Source: a virus. Taken from it: 64,000 nucleotides of DNA. A program made the position numbers and the translations under genes. The notes beneath the pieces are model-generated. The model made no database searches. It was not told the origin of the DNA and saw nothing but the letters and a program-made list of their open reading frames with translations. Each line of letters starts with the position of its first letter. Position 1 is the first letter of the stretch. Where the stretch lies: positions 1 through 64,000 of IMG/VR virus record IMGVR_UViG_3300017971_000261; one strand, given 5' to 3'. Shown one piece after another: positions 44,369 to 55,296 of this stretch.

Positions 44369-44752
44369 ATGACTGCAACAAAGATACATAGATACATGAA
44401 TCTTATTGCTCTTTCTGTTCGTGCAGGCAACCGTAAGGCCGCAAGGATTGCGTCAGCGCGAACTGACATTGGCAATACTGATGTCTACAGCTTCCCGTCT
44501 GTTCGGGAAGCATATCGAGCAGTACAGCAATTTAGTGAAGACGCCTTTCGCACCTACAGTTCGTTTTCCAGTGCTGCTACAGAAGCCAATGGGCTTCGTT
44601 CTCTGGTTAAGGGATTATCTAAGTATATCATCGAAATCCTAGGAATGACTGTGGATTCATGGCTAACTGCGAACGGTTTTCAGGTGCAAACGGAGTATGC
44701 GACATTGTCAAACTCATTGGGTTATCCTATTAGTTCGGCAAACATAGCATAA
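44369..44752 (+). CDS. Hypothetical protein
   Basis: 127 aa ORF upstream of terL. Confidence 0.7.
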   Translation: MTATKIHRYMNLIALSVRAGNRKAARIASARTDIGNTDVYSFPSVREAYRAVQQFSEDAFRTYSSFSSAATEANGLRSLVKGLSKYIIEILGMTVDSWLTANGFQVQTEYATLSNSLGYPISSANIA

Positions 44753-44758
44753 GGAAAT

Positions 44759-46642
44759 ATGCCAAAGCGAACAGTAAATAGATCCTTTTCAGATGTTCTG
44801 GGAGAATTACGTTCGGATGTTTCTATGAATCGAACTGGAGGAATCCCAGACATCATTGAATTCACGTTCAGTCCACATTGGTTGAACGTTCGTGCCTCAG
44901 GAATCGCTAATCTTTACCCGGTCCAAACGATTATTCTCAAGTCCTTTTATAGAGGAAGCATTGGCAATGAAAATCTCACGCTGACCGAAGAGGAATTAGA
45001 CAAGCTTAAGAAACTAAAGCACGACAATATCATTGACAAATATCACGACCTTGGAAATTTCAGGGAATTGGTGCTTGTGCTCGGTCGTCGTTCTGGCAAG
45101 AACCTCATGACATCGATCGTTGCATTGTATGAAGCCATGAAGCTGATCGAGATTCCAGGCGGATCTCCTTACGAATACTATGGAATTGCTCGCGGTGCTC
45201 CTGTTTACGTGCTAGGAATCGCGAGTGCTGCCGAGCAGGCACAGCTTCTGTTCTCCGAGATTCGTACACGCGCTCAATCATCTGATTACTTCAAACGGCA
45301 TATGGTGCCCGGTGCTATTGGTTCACAGACAATCAGCCTTCTAACACCAGAAGACAGGGAAGTCAATAGGCAACTAGATAGGGATGGCTTGCCAGAGGCC
45401 AAGACAAAAGGCAGTGTTGTCATCTACAGCGGCCACTCGAACAGCAATTCGCTCGTTGGAAAACGTTGCATCATGCTGGTCATGGATGAAGTGGCGTCTT
45501 ACCCACAAACTAGCGGACCATCATCCGGTGATGCCCTATATCAACAGCTCGTGCCCATGACCGCCGACTTCAAGCGTAAGGTTGGTCAAACTGAGGACGG
45601 AAAAGACCGATATAGGCTTGACTCTAAGATTATTGCTATTTCGTCACCAAGAGGCGAGGAAGGTCTTCTTTTCCGCCTATATAGCAACGCCAGAAGACGA
45701 AAAAGCCGATTGGCCTACAAGTTACCAACTTGGGATGTTAATATGGGTGTAACTAAGGAGATGCTTTTTGAAGAATATCCAGAGTTACGTCCTGTTGAGT
45801 TCAATATGCAGTTTGGTGCTGAGTTCTCAGGAACTTCAGGTGAGAAGTTCATACCAGACCGTTATGTGGATGATGCAATCGAACTGGGACGCGTAATGGG
45901 CGTGCTCAAAAGACCTCTCGGCGAACGGGGTTTGGTTTACTATGCTCATCTGGACCCTGCGTCAAGAAGCCACAACTTTGCTCTCGTTATTTTACACATT
46001 GAGGAATACATCAGAGAAAGGGTGAAAGCTGACGGACGAAAGGCTAAAGAAGTAACAAAGGTATTCGTTGTCGACCACCTGATGGTGTGGGAGCCGGGGG
46101 TCAAAGAATCAATCAACGTCAAGGAGGTTGAGGATTATATTGTTGGACTCAGCAAGAAATTCAAGTTTGCCACTGTCACTTATGATGCCTGGAATTCACC
46201 ATCTAGCAAGGATGTTTTGCAGAGGCACGGGATACCTAATAGGGAAACAGCATTCCGAAAACATTACAAGATGGGCATTTATGACCAGCTAGAAGACCTT
46301 TTAGTCAATAATCAGATAGCTTTACCAGCAGGCTCGCCAAGGTACAAGGAAGCAGAATTGCTTGAACTGGAGCTGAAATCCCTGAAGCGGCAATATACTG
46401 CTAACGGTTTTCAGATAAAGCCTGACGAAAACGGCCTTGTACAGACAGATGACTTATGTGATGCACTTGCTGGTGCTGTAGGTTCTGCCATGGGCGGAAT
46501 CTATGATGGATACCCAAAAGGGGCCGTTGCGTATATGCCTGCTTTCAGATCTGGTGGAGCAAACAGGCCATGGTTGATCGGAAGAGGCGTATTTAACAAC
46601 CAAGAGATCAAAACGCTGGGTGGCCGGTTTGGTATGTTCTAG
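44759..46642 (+). CDS. terL: Terminase large subunit
   Basis: LGRRSGKN (Walker A), LVMDE (Walker B), ISSP, nuclease HLDPA, YDAWNS, DDLCDALAG. Confidence 0.9.
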   Translation: MPKRTVNRSFSDVLGELRSDVSMNRTGGIPDIIEFTFSPHWLNVRASGIANLYPVQTIILKSFYRGSIGNENLTLTEEELDKLKKLKHDNIIDKYHDLGNFRELVLVLGRRSGKNLMTSIVALYEAMKLIEIPGGSPYEYYGIARGAPVYVLGIASAAEQAQLLFSEIRTRAQSSDYFKRHMVPGAIGSQTISLLTPEDREVNRQLDRDGLPEAKTKGSVVIYSGHSNSNSLVGKRCIMLVMDEVASYPQTSGPSSGDALYQQLVPMTADFKRKVGQTEDGKDRYRLDSKIIAISSPRGEEGLLFRLYSNARRRKSRLAYKLPTWDVNMGVTKEMLFEEYPELRPVEFNMQFGAEFSGTSGEKFIPDRYVDDAIELGRVMGVLKRPLGERGLVYYAHLDPASRSHNFALVILHIEEYIRERVKADGRKAKEVTKVFVVDHLMVWEPGVKESINVKEVEDYIVGLSKKFKFATVTYDAWNSPSSKDVLQRHGIPNRETAFRKHYKMGIYDQLEDLLVNNQIALPAGSPRYKEAELLELELKSLKRQYTANGFQIKPDENGLVQTDDLCDALAGAVGSAMGGIYDGYPKGAVAYMPAFRSGGANRPWLIGRGVFNNQEIKTLGGRFGMF

Positions 46643-46728
46643 CCGGTATATGACAGGACTAGAGGTACAGCGTAACTAAGTTATAGTATGTACGCGCCTT
46701 ATGGCCAAAGGATAACCGAGGTGATCAA

Positions 46729-47442
46729 ATGACCTTCAATTTCAACGAGCACGTAAAGCAGGCTCAGGTAAAGCCTTACGAAAAGTATCTTCGAGATGAC
46801 AGTGTCGAAGGAGAGGCTGACGACAAACAGCCCGTTGTTGAAAAAATGCTTCCGGATCGCGAAGGCGACAAAGTCGAGGTCGCTGAACGTATGATCTCTG
46901 AGGTCCGAGAGGATGTAACTGATGACACTGAGACTCAGGAAAGGCGTCTGGATACGGCAGAATCTCAATATGACAAGAAGCATAGGGATGACAGTGCATC
47001 CATCTCCGTTCCTCCGTTAGCTGTTGTAGTTGAGAAACTTCGACAAGAACGAATGGCAGACTGGAAGACCGACAAGCAACCAAACTGGACTCTTGAATTC
47101 GATGACAAGAAACAGCTTGGCGACTTGCCACGGTTCCCGAAATCTCCCGGTCAGCATACGGAAATCGCTCTGGAAAACGATCCCAGACGATTTGAGTCGG
47201 GCGGAGATCTACGCAAACAAGAGAAAGCTGAGCCGAAACCCCTTTCTGGTGATTTCACTACAGCAGATGTTGATAGAGTTACTGAGAGAATTAAGATCGG
47301 CAAAAGCAGGGATTTCGATGCTGCCATTGCTGCTGTTCTCTGTGAGGCAGAAGATCAGAGGCGTGAACTGACCGAAGAAGAGAGACAAGCAATCGTACAA
47401 CTTAAAATAGCCCGAACCGAAGCCATGGTTAAAGAAGGCTGA
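46729..47442 (+). CDS. Hypothetical head-module protein
   Basis: GAGGTG RBS; FNFNEHVKQAQ. Confidence 0.7.
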   Translation: MTFNFNEHVKQAQVKPYEKYLRDDSVEGEADDKQPVVEKMLPDREGDKVEVAERMISEVREDVTDDTETQERRLDTAESQYDKKHRDDSASISVPPLAVVVEKLRQERMADWKTDKQPNWTLEFDDKKQLGDLPRFPKSPGQHTEIALENDPRRFESGGDLRKQEKAEPKPLSGDFTTADVDRVTERIKIGKSRDFDAAIAAVLCEAEDQRRELTEEERQAIVQLKIARTEAMVKEG

Positions 47443-47457
47443 ATGAAGGTATAATTC

Positions 47458-47982
47458 ATGAGAACGGTGATCAGCAAAAAGGTTACCGCACTATGGAATC
47501 CGGATTGGGATCTTCTCACCGACTATGAAGACGAGAAGAGAAAGCAGATCGTTCGGGAGCGGGGCGGTCTACGTTCTGACCCGTTCAGGAAGAAAGACGA
47601 ATACAACTTGCCGGACAAAACAAAGAACATCGGAGAATATGGCCAAGATCCCGGACTAGGCCAAAACCGAAGAAAGCCACCTATAGGAGAACCTGGTATC
47701 TCAAGTTTGACGAGAGGCGAGGAACCAGAAGAAAGAAGCGGGACAGATGTGAGTTCAGGTCCCGCATCGGATTCTATGCGATCGGAAGAGAATGAGACCA
47801 ATCTTCGTCCGAATCGCATGAATCCTAATGATGTCTCCAGACAGTTTGCAAATGAGTCGGAGACGGTGCCGCCGGAACTAAAGACGCCCGGCTACACCAA
47901 CCCCAGAGACATGTCGCCTAAGGATCGTGTCAGGTGGCATCTGGACAACATGAGGCAGAGGGGGCCTGTTCGTTACAGGTAA
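47458..47982 (+). CDS. Hypothetical protein
   Basis: 174 aa, disordered/charged. Confidence 0.65.
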   Translation: MRTVISKKVTALWNPDWDLLTDYEDEKRKQIVRERGGLRSDPFRKKDEYNLPDKTKNIGEYGQDPGLGQNRRKPPIGEPGISSLTRGEEPEERSGTDVSSGPASDSMRSEENETNLRPNRMNPNDVSRQFANESETVPPELKTPGYTNPRDMSPKDRVRWHLDNMRQRGPVRYR

Positions 47983-48019
47983 TGGAAACGTGAAGTGAAC
48001 TTGCTAAGGAGGTAAGTTA

Positions 48020-48811
48020 ATGTTCATCGTAGGCACAAAGAAGATTGGAAAAGGCATCCTGATGATTCCAAGTCTCAACTACAAGGTAAAGGCCGGTGGT
48101 AAATATCCTGTTTCAGACATGGATCTTAGGAATCCGGACGTTCGACGACCGCTTCAGGCAGGAAGCATCAAGTTAGAGGGCGCTCCAGATGGTTTCAATC
48201 CCCTTTCCTTGGTCGAGTCAGACGACCTTGTCTTATGCAAGAATGTTCTGTGTAACTCTCTGGTCATTGATGGCCATGACGGGGCCATACGTCGTGGTGC
48301 AGAATTCAAAGTCCATCGTTCAGCTCTCTCTGAACCCGGCCTCAAGAAACTGATCTCCAATCGACTAGTGGAGATCCTTGATGAGGGTGACGATCTTGAT
48401 CTGGAGGAAGAAGCCGTTGTGGATCTTGGCCCAGATGAGCCAGCACTTGGTGCAGAGGCAAGTCCTGAACTAGAGACCAACGAAGAAATGGATATGCCAA
48501 CAGATGTTCTTGAAGAACTACCACAAGAGGTCAAGTCGGTTCCTGACCCCAGAAAAAGTGCCGTGATCTGGAATCCATCCGGAAACGAGCCAGTGGTCAA
48601 GAACAACCTGAAAGCCACTGTTTGGAGCAAAGGAAAGGCAGTACAAGCAGAACAGGGCCCGCCTCCACAACAAACAGAAATTCTTTTCGTGGATCAGGAG
48701 CAGAGAGCCGAAGCAATCAAGAAGCATCCGGTTCTTAGCAAAAAAGCCGAGAAGAAAACAGATGAACCCAACTTCGTATTAGAGGAAAATAACACCGAGG
48801 GGGAAGGATAG
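48020..48811 (+). CDS. Hypothetical protein
   Basis: AAGGAGG RBS; 263 aa. Confidence 0.7.
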   Translation: MFIVGTKKIGKGILMIPSLNYKVKAGGKYPVSDMDLRNPDVRRPLQAGSIKLEGAPDGFNPLSLVESDDLVLCKNVLCNSLVIDGHDGAIRRGAEFKVHRSALSEPGLKKLISNRLVEILDEGDDLDLEEEAVVDLGPDEPALGAEASPELETNEEMDMPTDVLEELPQEVKSVPDPRKSAVIWNPSGNEPVVKNNLKATVWSKGKAVQAEQGPPPQQTEILFVDQEQRAEAIKKHPVLSKKAEKKTDEPNFVLEENNTEGEG

Positions 48812-48812
48812 G

Positions 48813-48995
48813 GTGGAGAAGGACAGCAGAGTCATCTCGCTCAGTCCGTCAGTTTGGACAACGATTTACGCTAAATTATCGCCTAAGAACAAGAAATTCT
48901 TAAGGCGTTACTATAAGTCCATTTATCCGAGAGAGTACGTCAAAGTACTCGTTTCTGCATTGGAACAATATGGATTCTCAGAGAGATACGCTTAA
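48813..48995 (+). CDS. Small hypothetical protein
   Basis: YYKSIYPREYVKVLV resembles the C-terminus of 57227-57880 (YMSIIYPQKFVEELV). Confidence 0.55.
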   Translation: MEKDSRVISLSPSVWTTIYAKLSPKNKKFLRRYYKSIYPREYVKVLVSALEQYGFSERYA

Positions 48996-49740
48996 GGACC
49001 TTAGCCAAAAACAACTGCTTGAGGTTGAGATGCGCATCTTCGAAATTGGCGTAGATGATGGCAAGTACTACACACATGCCGTTCGTGTCGGGGATGATTT
49101 TCGCGAAACCAATGACCTCAATGAGTGTGCTGGGCTTATCAAGAAATCGGTCGAAGAACTGAAGATGGAACTGTGGAAACAATGGGTCCACTTGGGCCAT
49201 CTAGCAGATGAGCTGTCAAACAGTTATGGTTTCAACACAGGCTCTATAGAGAACCTTCTGTTCCTTCACAACCTCAAAAAATGCTACATGCTTGCTGGCT
49301 TCTTCTCCTCGCTTGATGCCATACGAGACAAGGTGAGATCAATTTTCAACATAGATGTCGGAATAAGGGACCCTGATGTCATCGAGGAGTTCAACAATAC
49401 AGCTCTGAGAATCCTGGTCCTGCACAGGTCCGTGATGCGGGAAACATATCGTGTCAAGTTGATCTCTGCATACAGCAGCTTAACAAAAACTGCCCAGATC
49501 TCTGGCCCATGGGCCAATCTTGATTTGCCTCTCAAAGAGCGTGTGTGGCAATGGGATGAGGAAGAAAGCAACCTGATGGAACGAGAGAAAGCACGCAAGA
49601 ACCAGCTCCGGTATAACCCGGAGTATAACATTCAGGGCTTTTATTTCGTCTGGCAGGATCGTAATCGAGATCCATATCTGTTCGAGAAACGCCGGGAGGA
49701 GAGCCCATACCCACAACGAGAAAGGCTTCAGATACCATAG
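48970..49740 (+). CDS. Hypothetical head-module protein
   Basis: 256 aa; LTKTAQ. Confidence 0.7.
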   Translation: MDSQRDTLKDLSQKQLLEVEMRIFEIGVDDGKYYTHAVRVGDDFRETNDLNECAGLIKKSVEELKMELWKQWVHLGHLADELSNSYGFNTGSIENLLFLHNLKKCYMLAGFFSSLDAIRDKVRSIFNIDVGIRDPDVIEEFNNTALRILVLHRSVMRETYRVKLISAYSSLTKTAQISGPWANLDLPLKERVWQWDEEESNLMEREKARKNQLRYNPEYNIQGFYFVWQDRNRDPYLFEKRREESPYPQRERLQIP

Positions 49741-49748
49741 GAATCGGG

Positions 49749-50570
49749 ATGGACAGGGAAACGACAAAAGAGACAACCAAGAATTCAAACTCATCTGTCG
49801 ATGCTGTCGTGGAATCCCTGTCTCGTTTTGCTGATCTGTTTGATTTGCCACATCTCTTTCTGATGGGCGGTTATCCTCGTCACCTATACTACGAAAAGCC
49901 CTGTACGGATAACCGGTTGGATGTCGTTTGCGCTTACGATGATCTTACAGAGGAGATGGCTAATCTGTTTGCATCAGAGATTCTTGGCCGTCTTCCGTCC
50001 TTCAAAGGCCACAGGGGCGATATCATCATCAAGACATCGGACGACGAGCCGAACATCGAGCTGCATTTCCAGTCTTACAGCCCAAACTCTCATCTCTACA
50101 ACCCTGACTTGAAAAATCATTTGGCTGCTAGCGAGGCTGACACCATCCCCATTATGCACAATGCGTATGGAAGAGATTTTACTGTAGATACACTTGCTTA
50201 TGCTTTAGATGATGGTTATCTCTACGACCCAACAGGTCGTGCATCTAGGGATTTGAAAGACAAAAAGCTGGACAGCATGCTCTCTCCAGAAACCCTGTTC
50301 AAGTTCTGCCCAAAAGCAGCTTTTAGGGCACTGAATCTTGCACTTGATGAGGATCTCGACATTTCTCCGAGACTTGGTAAAGGCATACGATCTGCCATAC
50401 CGAGGATCATGGCTGTCATACCAGAAAACGAACGCACCAGAAATGCAATCAGGACAATAGTTAAGCACCGGGAGGATGGCCTCGATTTACTGAAGAAGTA
50501 TAACCTTGACCGGTTCCTAATCAATGATAAGGTCAAGAACATACTGAAACAGGAGGCTAAAGGTGCATGA
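49749..50570 (+). CDS. tRNA nucleotidyltransferase/poly(A) polymerase-like protein, degenerate active site
   Basis: FLMGGYPRH, RLDVV in place of DxD, GRDFTVDTL, LYDPTG. Confidence 0.7.
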   Translation: MDRETTKETTKNSNSSVDAVVESLSRFADLFDLPHLFLMGGYPRHLYYEKPCTDNRLDVVCAYDDLTEEMANLFASEILGRLPSFKGHRGDIIIKTSDDEPNIELHFQSYSPNSHLYNPDLKNHLAASEADTIPIMHNAYGRDFTVDTLAYALDDGYLYDPTGRASRDLKDKKLDSMLSPETLFKFCPKAAFRALNLALDEDLDISPRLGKGIRSAIPRIMAVIPENERTRNAIRTIVKHREDGLDLLKKYNLDRFLINDKVKNILKQEAKGA

Positions 50571-53295
50571 GTCCCAGTGCGTAATACCCGGGCTTAGAAA
50601 CGTCCTGCCTTTCAGTGGCATTGTTGGTCGTTCTGCTCCCATCACTAACAAAGAAGCTCAGACCTTGATGACTCTTTGGGAATCTGATAAGGACGAATAT
50701 GGTGACCCGATTATACCGGATGGCGTAGACGACATTACGCTTGCTGGCCTCATCTCTAAAGGTTATCTATCCGGTCGCCACGCCATGGGCCATACAATGA
50801 CACGTCCCAATACAACGCTTTCACTCACAGAGAAAGCGAAGATGGTCATCAGGAATATCGTTCTACACGCAGAGAAATCGACGTTTGAGAAAGATGCGCA
50901 AGGCAATGTAGACTACGAAGCCATCTATGTTTCCATGCACAAACCGAAAGTGAAAACTTCCTGGGCCAAAAAGATCGCGCAAACATTGCCCGAAGATGGC
51001 GATGAAGACAAAGAAGATGAAATCTTCAATCTCATTGATATAGATCTTGAGTGGCTAGAAAGAAAGCTCAACGCCCTTAACAAGAGGGCACTTAAACTAG
51101 GTTTGAAGCCGCCTCCTGAATCCACAGAATGGTTGCCGGGCAAAGGTCAATTGAAACAGGTTGGTTACGTTGTGCTTGGCCAGACACAAGTCAAAGACAA
51201 GGATAACCTTCGCGTCCATATCTTCAATCAAGTAAAAGTCTTCGGCGAACCACCAGTTCTGGCTGGCTGGAAATTCTTGGCTCGTCTCTATCCGGCCGAA
51301 GACCCAAACGTACCCGGCAATCTTATTAAGGCAGTCCCAGGTGTCGAATTACCTGAGAGATACCGTACTGTACCACCAGATTGTGAGCACTGCCGCAAGA
51401 ACCTAAGACGGTGTTCCACCTATGTTGTCCAGAACGTAGAAACCGGCGAGATGAGACAGGTTGGTAGCACCTGCTTGAAGGACTTCCTAGGCCATAAATC
51501 GCCAGAATCCTATGCCAGATATGCAGAAGGTCTGGCCGCACTGCTTGAAGAGATAGGTGCCAAAGAAGAAGAGGGGTTCGGTGGTGGAGGCGGTGGTGGA
51601 GATCGAGGATATTCTATTCAACCATTCGTTGAACTCGTTTGGGCTATGGTACGAAAATATGGATTCCTTGGCAGAGGAAAAGCATACGAATCAGGTCAGA
51701 CTTCTACCGTTGACGCTGTTTTATCAATGATCTATGGGAAAGGTGAGGCGGACAAGCGTGCCCTAAAAGAATTGCGTGAATCCATTACAGCCGAAGATAG
51801 GGCTAACGCAGAACAGGCAATCATCTGGGCTCGTGGTCTGAAGGAAGGTGACGATGAATACATTAGCCAACTCAGTGACTACTTCTGGAATTTGTCCGTT
51901 GCGTGTTCATCTGAGGTTGTAACAGGCAAGACGGTTGGTATAGTTGGTTCACTTCCAACGGCTTACGAAAGAAACGTCCTACAACAAATCGGTGTACGAC
52001 CAGAGGGTAGAGCAGGAGAAAAGGGAGAAGTCATAGCGGTCAAGGGAAAAGTTCGTGAGGAACTACCCCAGTATGACGAGGCCAACGACTTCTATGACAT
52101 ACTCACCGAACAAGGCACAATTGTACGATGTGCACTCCCAATGGAAACTTCTGTTGGTGAAGATGTTGCTTTAGAAGGTACCGTCGTTGGGTACGCAAGG
52201 CAGTTCCAAAACATTGTCACACTCTTGGCTAATATCAAAGTTTTGAATTCAGAAGAAGTCGCAGCAAGAACTCAAGAAATCCAACAAGAGAGAGAACAGG
52301 CACAACAAGGTGACGCACCGGAATATTCCACCGGTGAGAAGATTACCACTGATGTAACTGTTCTTAAGGCTGACGAGAGAGAAGGAAATTACGGACCTTA
52401 TGTCCTCTATCAGATGGTTGATCCGTGGGGAACAAAACTCACCATCTTCTATAGTGGCAGCACATTCGATCTCGAAACAGGCGAACGTGCCAATATCTCT
52501 GCCAAAGTTAAGAAGGTTGGTGACTACAATGGTGAACCGAGTGTTGTACTAACGAACCCAAAGATTAACAGCAGACTCATGTCCGAAGATGTGACAGATG
52601 TTAGGATGACCAACGCCCAAAGACGTGAAGCCAAAAAACAAGTCAAAACTCTTGAATCACAGAAACAAGGATTGATGGCCGGTTTCGAGACTCCAGACCA
52701 AGTGCAACAAACGGTGTACAACGCTTTGAATCCCATCTATTCTGTGTTCACTGGCGTTCGAGCCGACAATTTTCTGACCACAGGAGTAGGAAATCCAGGA
52801 GACTATGGTCTTGAAGCGGAGTACAACTATCAACTCGGCGGTTATGCTGCGGTGCCATCGGCTCGGATGGCAATGTTTCTCAATCCCGACGCTCTCCCTG
52901 AAATCTACGACCGTGCCCTCCAAGCAATACAAGAGGCCACCCAGAAAAACGAACAAAGACAACAAGATCAACCAGATGACGATTACAACAACAGGGCACT
53001 GAGATCACAGCAAGAAATGCTTCAGGTTCTGCCACAAGTCAAGGACAGTATCATATCCGAGACACAAACAGCCATCGCTCAGAGTCTGCCTGCTGTGCAG
53101 GAATTCCTACGCAACATACCGCAAAGAGAAGAGATAGATCGTCAAATAGAAGAAATACAGAAACGAATTTCTGAAGCCGATCAACAGAAAAAGCAGTATG
53201 GACCACTGCCGGAACCAGAGAAAAAGACGCGTCGTAAGAAGATGCCAATGGCGCGAAGTTTTAGTTGGTTTAGGAAAATATCATGCAGATTATAG
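50563..53295 (+). CDS. Large protein with Zn ribbon and OB-fold-like domains
   Basis: CEHC...RQVGSTCLKDFLG; two beta-rich OB-like segments; C-terminal coiled coil. Confidence 0.65.
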   Translation: MHESQCVIPGLRNVLPFSGIVGRSAPITNKEAQTLMTLWESDKDEYGDPIIPDGVDDITLAGLISKGYLSGRHAMGHTMTRPNTTLSLTEKAKMVIRNIVLHAEKSTFEKDAQGNVDYEAIYVSMHKPKVKTSWAKKIAQTLPEDGDEDKEDEIFNLIDIDLEWLERKLNALNKRALKLGLKPPPESTEWLPGKGQLKQVGYVVLGQTQVKDKDNLRVHIFNQVKVFGEPPVLAGWKFLARLYPAEDPNVPGNLIKAVPGVELPERYRTVPPDCEHCRKNLRRCSTYVVQNVETGEMRQVGSTCLKDFLGHKSPESYARYAEGLAALLEEIGAKEEEGFGGGGGGGDRGYSIQPFVELVWAMVRKYGFLGRGKAYESGQTSTVDAVLSMIYGKGEADKRALKELRESITAEDRANAEQAIIWARGLKEGDDEYISQLSDYFWNLSVACSSEVVTGKTVGIVGSLPTAYERNVLQQIGVRPEGRAGEKGEVIAVKGKVREELPQYDEANDFYDILTEQGTIVRCALPMETSVGEDVALEGTVVGYARQFQNIVTLLANIKVLNSEEVAARTQEIQQEREQAQQGDAPEYSTGEKITTDVTVLKADEREGNYGPYVLYQMVDPWGTKLTIFYSGSTFDLETGERANISAKVKKVGDYNGEPSVVLTNPKINSRLMSEDVTDVRMTNAQRREAKKQVKTLESQKQGLMAGFETPDQVQQTVYNALNPIYSVFTGVRADNFLTTGVGNPGDYGLEAEYNYQLGGYAAVPSARMAMFLNPDALPEIYDRALQAIQEATQKNEQRQQDQPDDDYNNRALRSQQEMLQVLPQVKDSIISETQTAIAQSLPAVQEFLRNIPQREEIDRQIEEIQKRISEADQQKKQYGPLPEPEKKTRRKKMPMARSFSWFRKISCRL

Positions 53296-53687
53296 TAAGA
53301 CCACACAATCGCAGAATCAAACAGAAGGTGGAGAAGGACTTGTACTGGTACAATCCGGACACTTCTGAAGTGGAACACTTCCGGGGCGGGAGTCTCAGCT
53401 TCAAATATGACCGATCTTTGGGACGCCAAGTTCCATATGTTGTTGATGACGAGTGTTTCGTATGGCAGAACTCATGGGATGAGATCAATTCGTGGATCAA
53501 GAAACATAACGGAACTCTTGCTATCAGCGAAATAGTACCAAGAGGCTATGCGGTCATTAAACTGAATAGTGGTTTGTGGCCAAAACTGGAAAGAGAACTT
53601 AGACAACAAAACATTCTTTACGAGATCGAAAACGACGAAGACGAAGAGGAGGAGGCATTGGGTGCCAAATCAGGAAGCGCGGCTTAG
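53283..53687 (+). CDS. Hypothetical protein
   Basis: 134 aa ORF. Confidence 0.65.
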   Translation: MQIIVRPHNRRIKQKVEKDLYWYNPDTSEVEHFRGGSLSFKYDRSLGRQVPYVVDDECFVWQNSWDEINSWIKKHNGTLAISEIVPRGYAVIKLNSGLWPKLERELRQQNILYEIENDEDEEEEALGAKSGSAA

Positions 53688-54534
53688 GGTCGAAATTGCA
53701 GACACGCCAAGCAAACACGAAGAAGGACTTATGTTCCGGAAAGACCTTCCGGGCAATTCCGGCATGGCTTTCGTGTTTCCAAGTCCGCGCCAATTAAGTT
53801 TTTGGGGCCAAAACACATATCTTCCGCTTGACATAGCTTTCATTAGTCCAAATGGAACAATACACGAAATTGAACACATAGCTCCTCTCAGCTCAAGGCC
53901 GGTTCAAAGCTCTGAGGCCTGCACGATGGCTATAGAAGCCAATGCTGGCTGGTTTGATAGCATGGGTGTAGGTCCGGGCGATTCTGTTTTCATAGATCGA
54001 GATCTTCCAACCATCACAGGATTGGCACAAGCAATCTTCCATGCAGAACCGGAAGCACATGCAACACAAAACATTACCAAAGAAGCTGCTTCGAGTGCAG
54101 ACGACTATGCATTCCATGCTGATATCGCAGAACAAGACAGATACACAACTGACCGCATGGAATGTGATGTCTGGTTGAAGGGAAGCAGATGGGGATATAC
54201 CGTTTCTGTTCTGCTGACTCATACCCAGACGGGTTTGGCCAGCATGCCAGCATATTGGAAATATGGTAACAACGAAAAGGCAGCGGCTCAGAGAAGTTTT
54301 CGTGAATGCAAGAGTTTAGTTCAGGACTTTCTTCGAGAATACGAACAAGAACTCTATCCATTTGCGTTAGTCTCACCGAAGATAAGGGGTGTTTTCCAAT
54401 TTCATGATACCGATCACCGAGATACGACCTTCATACCGCTCGTGAATTACAGCACCAACATCAAGCGCGAGACCGATTGGAGGCAAACGATCTACGGAAA
54501 CAGATATCCAGAAAAGCCTCTCGGAATACCTTAA
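53662..54534 (+). CDS. DUF192-domain fusion protein
   Basis: VEIADTP...GLMFR...GMAFVF...FWGQNTYLPLDIAFI...AIEANAGWF. Confidence 0.8.
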   Translation: MPNQEARLRVEIADTPSKHEEGLMFRKDLPGNSGMAFVFPSPRQLSFWGQNTYLPLDIAFISPNGTIHEIEHIAPLSSRPVQSSEACTMAIEANAGWFDSMGVGPGDSVFIDRDLPTITGLAQAIFHAEPEAHATQNITKEAASSADDYAFHADIAEQDRYTTDRMECDVWLKGSRWGYTVSVLLTHTQTGLASMPAYWKYGNNEKAAAQRSFRECKSLVQDFLREYEQELYPFALVSPKIRGVFQFHDTDHRDTTFIPLVNYSTNIKRETDWRQTIYGNRYPEKPLGIP

Positions 54535-54545
54535 GAGGACCACAG

Positions 54546-55280
54546 ATGTTGACTATAATCAGCCACAAGACCTCATTGGTCCTCAGAAAACAAGCACAAA
54601 AAAGCTCTGATGATTTGCTCAGACTTTTAGAGTCGAAGGGCTATACTAGGCACAGACGGCCGAGTCGGCAAGATGTGTGGAATGCCGTGGGCGAACTTAA
54701 ACGCGACCAACCTGATATGTATGGACAATATCAAGATGCATCTTGGTCATCCATTGTAGAGAATGTTTATCAGTATTTCAGAACAGCCTGGTCCGTACCA
54801 TATGGCATGGAAACCAAACCATATCCGGGACCTGTGACAAAGATCGACAAGGACAACTGGCAGGAATATAGCCCCGAAAATGATGATGTAGATGCCCAAT
54901 GGGAACAGCAAGTAGAACCTACTGATGAACCTAGAGAGACCCCAATCGCAATCGATCAAAAGGAAGATACCTCAGGTGTCATCCCTGAATTCAAAGAAAT
55001 CCCCTACTACACGGCCGAAGAACTCATCGAAGACGCAGAAAGAGAAAGGGAATTGATTGGATTTTACTATACTACAATTGAAGGTACTCCAGTAGGTTAC
55101 AGAATTGTTGAGCCCCACTATACTTTTGTAGCGGCCACAACGGGAAACCACATTCTTGTTTCCTACGATCGTGTCGTCGATGACATAAGGGCTTTCGTGA
55201 TAGGACCATCGATGTACGGCGGCGTACGGTACAGTGGTGCAAAATTCCAGCCTAAACCCCAGATTACGGCTGGAGACTAA
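54546..55280 (+). CDS. Protein with C-terminal WYL-like domain
   Basis: IGFYY...YRIVEPH...SYDRVVDDIRAF. Confidence 0.6.
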   Translation: MLTIISHKTSLVLRKQAQKSSDDLLRLLESKGYTRHRRPSRQDVWNAVGELKRDQPDMYGQYQDASWSSIVENVYQYFRTAWSVPYGMETKPYPGPVTKIDKDNWQEYSPENDDVDAQWEQQVEPTDEPRETPIAIDQKEDTSGVIPEFKEIPYYTAEELIEDAERERELIGFYYTTIEGTPVGYRIVEPHYTFVAATTGNHILVSYDRVVDDIRAFVIGPSMYGGVRYSGAKFQPKPQITAGD

Positions 55281-55296
55281 GGAACGGAGAGGCGAT

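Noticed and set aside
44369-44752. Terminase small subunit call
   Set aside because: Position fits, but no recognisable TerS features
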